In this document: in pieces, positions 35,331-39,001 of the stretch
How positions within the stretch are numbered: position 1 is the first letter of the stretch
How the letters are laid out: every line of letters begins with the position of its first letter
NCBI RefSeq assembly: GCF_001194135.2
Contig: NC_068984.1
Coordinates: 146,833,513 to 146,872,513, forward strand
DNA: 39,001 nucleotides
From: Octopus bimaculoides
Taxonomy: Eukaryota
Reading direction: 5' to 3'
Notes under the pieces: generated by a model
What the model was told of the DNA's origin: nothing
Database searches by the model: none
What the model saw: only the letters and a program-made list of their open reading frames with translations
Position numbers and translations under genes: made by a program

Positions 35331-35491
35331 ATGTGTGGTTGTGTCGTTAAGGCACCTTGAGCAAATCCTTTTTAATTCTACTATAATCGCAGACCAAGCC
35401 AATGCCTTGTGGGTGGATTTGGTCGACGGAAAGTATGTGGAAACTCGTCGTACACACACACACGCACACACACATATATACACATACATAC

Positions 35492-35526
<35 letters not shown>

Positions 35527-35752
35527 TGTGTGTGTGCGCGCGTGCGTGTGTCTTAGCATTGTCCCCATAACTGCTTGACAACAGGTGTTGGTTTGCTTTC
35601 CTCCCCGTAATCTAACGGTTCGATCAAAGATACCTTTAAAATAAGTATCACATTTACAGAGAAGAAGTACTAGGGTCGATCTATTTGACTAAACCCTTCA
35701 TGTGTAGTACCCCAGCATGGCCACAATCCAGTGACTGAAACAAGTAAAAGAA
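35331..35752 (+). mobile_element. SINE-A, near full length, lacking the B-box region, with internal microsatellite
   Basis: GTGTGGTTGTGTCGTTAAG is joined directly to GCACCTTGAGCAAA; internal repeat at about 35452-35542; ends CCCCAGCATGGCCACA..GACTGAAACAAGTAAAAGA. Confidence 0.8.
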
Positions 35753-36173
35753 AAACTGTAATTTATCTCGTATCCCCTTATTCAATATGTCCTTCCCTTT
35801 TTAGGATATTACAGTGTTGTTTGAGCGAGTTTTTGCTGATATGTCTAGCAGATCAAGTAACAAGCCTTTATTCAGTGATTTTCACCCCAGGGTTATACGG
35901 TCCCTGGGTGAGGGCTCTATAGAAGATTTTTTAGCTAATATTCATGGGCCAACAATTTGCTTATAATTCTACAATATACCAAATATCTTATCAAATTTTT
36001 TATGCAATTCCAAATAATACTTAATTCTAAGAATATATCGCCTCGTGGGAAGATAATATGTGGAAGACATTCTGCCATAGTTGGCAATCATATGGTCGAT
36101 GTCTTCAGTCTTGGTCTTCTGTCGAACTCTACATTTGTTTTCTGCCTTTTATACTCTAGATACTTAATGGAGA

Positions 36174-36562
36174 GTGGAGGCGCAATGGCCCAGTGGTTAG
36201 GGCAGCGGACTCGCGGTCGTAGGATCGCGGTTTCGATTCCCAGACCGGGCGTTGTGAGTGTTTATTGAGCGAAAGCACCTAAAGCTCCACGAGGCTCCGG
36301 CAGGGGATGGTGGCGAACCCTGCTGTACTCTTCCACCACAACTTTCTCTCACTCTTTCCTCCTGTTTATGTTGTGCCTATAATTCAAAGGGCCAGCCTTG
36401 TCACACTGTGTCACGCTGAATCTCCCCGAGAACTACGTTAAGGGTACACGTGTCTGTGGAGTGCTCAGCCACTTGCACGTTAATTTCACGAGCAGGCTGT
36501 TCCGTTGATAGGATCAACTGGAACCCTCGACGTCGTAAGCGACGGAGTGCCAACAACAACAG
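36174..36562 (+). mobile_element. SINE-C, full length, with target-site duplication
   Basis: A-box TGGCCCAGTGG (36186-36196), B-box GGTTTCGATTCC (36229-36240), (CAA)n tail (36551-36561), TSD TTAATGGAGA at 36164-36173 and 36563-36572. Confidence 0.93.
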
Positions 36563-37208
36563 TTAATGGAGATCTCTTGTTCTTGGATTACATGAATGTA
36601 ACCTTGAAAGTGGGATGCCATAAATGTGTCGGTCCCCTCCATGCCAAGTTGTTCACAAAATCGATCCCGTCCAAGGAACCTGTTTTACCTACCATATTTA
36701 CCTATATGCTATCTTCTCAGTGAACAGATTTTACCAATGCTGCTTGGAGAAAGATTTGTATTAGCTCTTATTTCATATCTCTCCTCAAGTTCATTAATTA
36801 TCCTAATTATGTTGTTGGTCTCATGATCACAAACTTGGGCAAAACACAAAACCCACATGGTTGCGTAGCGAGCTACATAATCAGACATCCGTGCTTGCGC
36901 CTCTGTGTGCCCTCTCTATTGTGTTTGCTGAATATCTTGGTATCTGCAATAGAATATGTCGGCAACGAAGCTGATGGTGATGGTGATGATGATAATGGTG
37001 ATGATGATGTGTGTGTGAGGGGGGGGGAGAAACAGTGGTCGGATATTTACAGTAAATAAAGACATTTACCGATGAGTAAGACATTTTTGGAATCGTGGGA
37101 ATGCGTATGACCTGGGATATCTGGCAGAGAACATTCTAACGTAATGTCATCAAGATAAACCAATAATTAAATCCATAAACACCTTTATACACGCACACAC
37201 ACACACAC

Positions 37209-37257
<49 letters not shown>

Positions 37258-37576
37258 GAAAGGATACACATGTATATATGCACACATGTTTTCATACAAA
37301 CGTATATATGTATATATACATGTATATATATACATATCCAAATATCTGTATGCGTACATACACACACACATAGACATGTATGTATATATGCGTTTGTACG
37401 CATACGCTAACAGACACTCACACACACACACGCACAAATATGCATACATATATATAGAAACATAGAAACATATATACATATATACATGTGTGTTTGTGTG
37501 TTTATTTATTAACTAATAATTATTATTTACTGAGATATATATCTCCGCGCGCGGAGTCGCATCTCAACTGTTACTA

Positions 37577-37625
<49 letters not shown>

Positions 37626-37684
37626 GTATGTATATATGTGCATGTGTGTACTTGTGTATGTATATGTAGACAAATCTTTAGGGA

Positions 37685-37778
37685 GCCAGACAGACTGGCT
37701 CAGTGCGTTGAGGTATTTCGTCTTTGTGCCTAAAGTTCCTAAATTCAATTCCTGCCGAGTTGACATTTCTCGATAACA
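37685..37778 (+). mobile_element. SINE-B, very degraded head
   Basis: GGTATTTCGTCTTTG..AAATTCAATTCCTGCCGAGTTGAC. Confidence 0.4.
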
Positions 37779-37973
37779 GTTCTCCGGGTGTAAAACAAAC
37801 AACAACACAAACAAATCATTTCCGCTCCCTTAAATATAACCCTTTTCTATTGTTTTATACGAGAGAAGTTAATGTAATTTTATATCGAAAAAAAAAAAAA
37901 AATGACCGTCTCCCCCAATAAACGAAAGAAACATTCGCAACGCTTCGTTGTTCTGGGGGACATGTTTTGTTAG

Positions 37974-38130
37974 GGATTTCTTCGTTCGTAACAACGCCCA
38001 GGGAACCTTGAAATGCGAACAGCGACACAACAATTCATCTTTGTACTCGGCATTCCGTCTCGAAGACTTTCGCTCTAATGAGACCCACAAATACCACGAG
38101 CATCTCGTTATGTATGACGAAGATACCTAA
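37974..38130 (+). CDS. Candidate terminal coding exon (DFFVRNNAQG...HEHLVMYDEDT*)
   Basis: Acceptor atgttttgttAG, 51 open codons of which 21 end in C by manual count, CpG-rich. No homology recognised. Confidence 0.3.
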
Positions 38131-38333
38131 AGCCTGCAGGGGCCTAATCGCATTCTTTGATTCTGTTCACCCCTCTCTTTCGTTACTTTTTCACCTCCAG
38201 CAATTGTTTCTTTCATTTTATTGTTTCTATTGGTTGGCCTTATTTCTCGATTTCTCTGTTTAGGTAGAGATGCAGACGCTCATTTGTAGTGCACACATTG
38301 CAGATGTGATTCTTCCGAGACACGCAGACATAC

Positions 38334-38486
38334 ACGACGACCTTCTACGGAGTTTCCGTCTATCAAATTTACTTACAACGTGTTTGTCGAAGTTATAATA
38401 CAAGATATTGGCGCAAGGTACTGCGCGAGGGATTGAAACGAGAACTGCATGGTTGCCAAGCAAACTTCTTAACCACTCAGCAATGC
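38334..38486 (-). mobile_element. SINE-A head half, degraded
   Basis: ACGACCTTCTACGGAGTTTCCGTCTATCAAAT..CAAGG..GGGATTGAA..CATGGTTG..CTTCTTAACCAC. Confidence 0.7.
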
Positions 38487-38941
38487 TTGAGCAAAATAAC
38501 AAATATGCATACATATATGCACACACATTTCATTATAAATCTTTAAAATGTAAACTATACTTCTGGTGTGCATCCGGTAGAGTTTATTGAAATCCGTTTT
38601 CTGGTCTCTTTTTAGCATTTCAAATTTAAAAAAAAACACTTTATTTGTTTTCTGGAACACAGAATCACATTTTTTTTCTGAAAGGTTTACGTTTATGCAG
38701 TAAACTTCTTTTATTTACATATATCACCCTTCCTTATTAATTCTCTACTGTATATATATATATATATAGGGAGAGAGAGGGGGGGGGGAGAATTTATTTA
38801 TTCTTTCCTTTTTATTTTTCACACACGAGGAATGCCTAAGCCTAGAATTGGTTGTATACCATAACACTGCCGGGTATCTGGTAATTCTAACGAGCTCTAT
38901 TTTGTACTCTAATATGTTCTTTACGGAATACACCTCAACGA

Positions 38942-38983
<42 letters not shown>

Positions 38984-39001
38984 CATACATATGTATATAT
39001 G

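Noticed and set aside
36063-36106. Hairpin GAAGACAT...ATGTCTTC as a possible pre-miRNA
   Set aside because: Only about 45 nt with bulges, and the stem does not extend. Too short for a Drosha substrate.
36174-36250. tRNA-like sequence
   Set aside because: It is the SINE-C head: no complete acceptor stem, and it continues into a repeat body with tail and TSD.

Overview
Eukaryotic, repeat-dense and mostly non-coding DNA from a gapped draft assembly (15 N-gaps, about 5 kb, mostly flanked by microsatellites). The tRNA-derived SINE families and microsatellite load look like a cephalopod, most likely Octopus; this is inferred from pattern recognition, not a database hit. There is no CRISPR array, rRNA, bona fide tRNA or recognisable intact host gene, and most entries in the ORF track are translated microsatellites or N-runs. 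Well-supported content: an internally deleted maT/DD37D-like Tc1-mariner element with TIRs (58-954); a nearly full-length but broken cecropia-type (Hsmar1-like) mariner transposase (9229-10252, minus); an R4/Dong-like LINE RT region (about 27755-29740) and a separate restriction-like endonuclease fragment (18641-18990); an L1/Tx1-like RT fragment (13150-13405); and about 20 copies of four SINE families, labelled A-D here for convenience. I found no convincing novel multi-gene system. The best leads are a 15-nt candidate neural-type microexon (7561-7575, minus), three head-to-head inverted SINE pairs that could form dsRNA, SINE-seeded microsatellites with a nested transposon, and several candidate exons of unidentified genes. 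Those candidates lie on both strands, so some are probably false, and all need RNA-seq.
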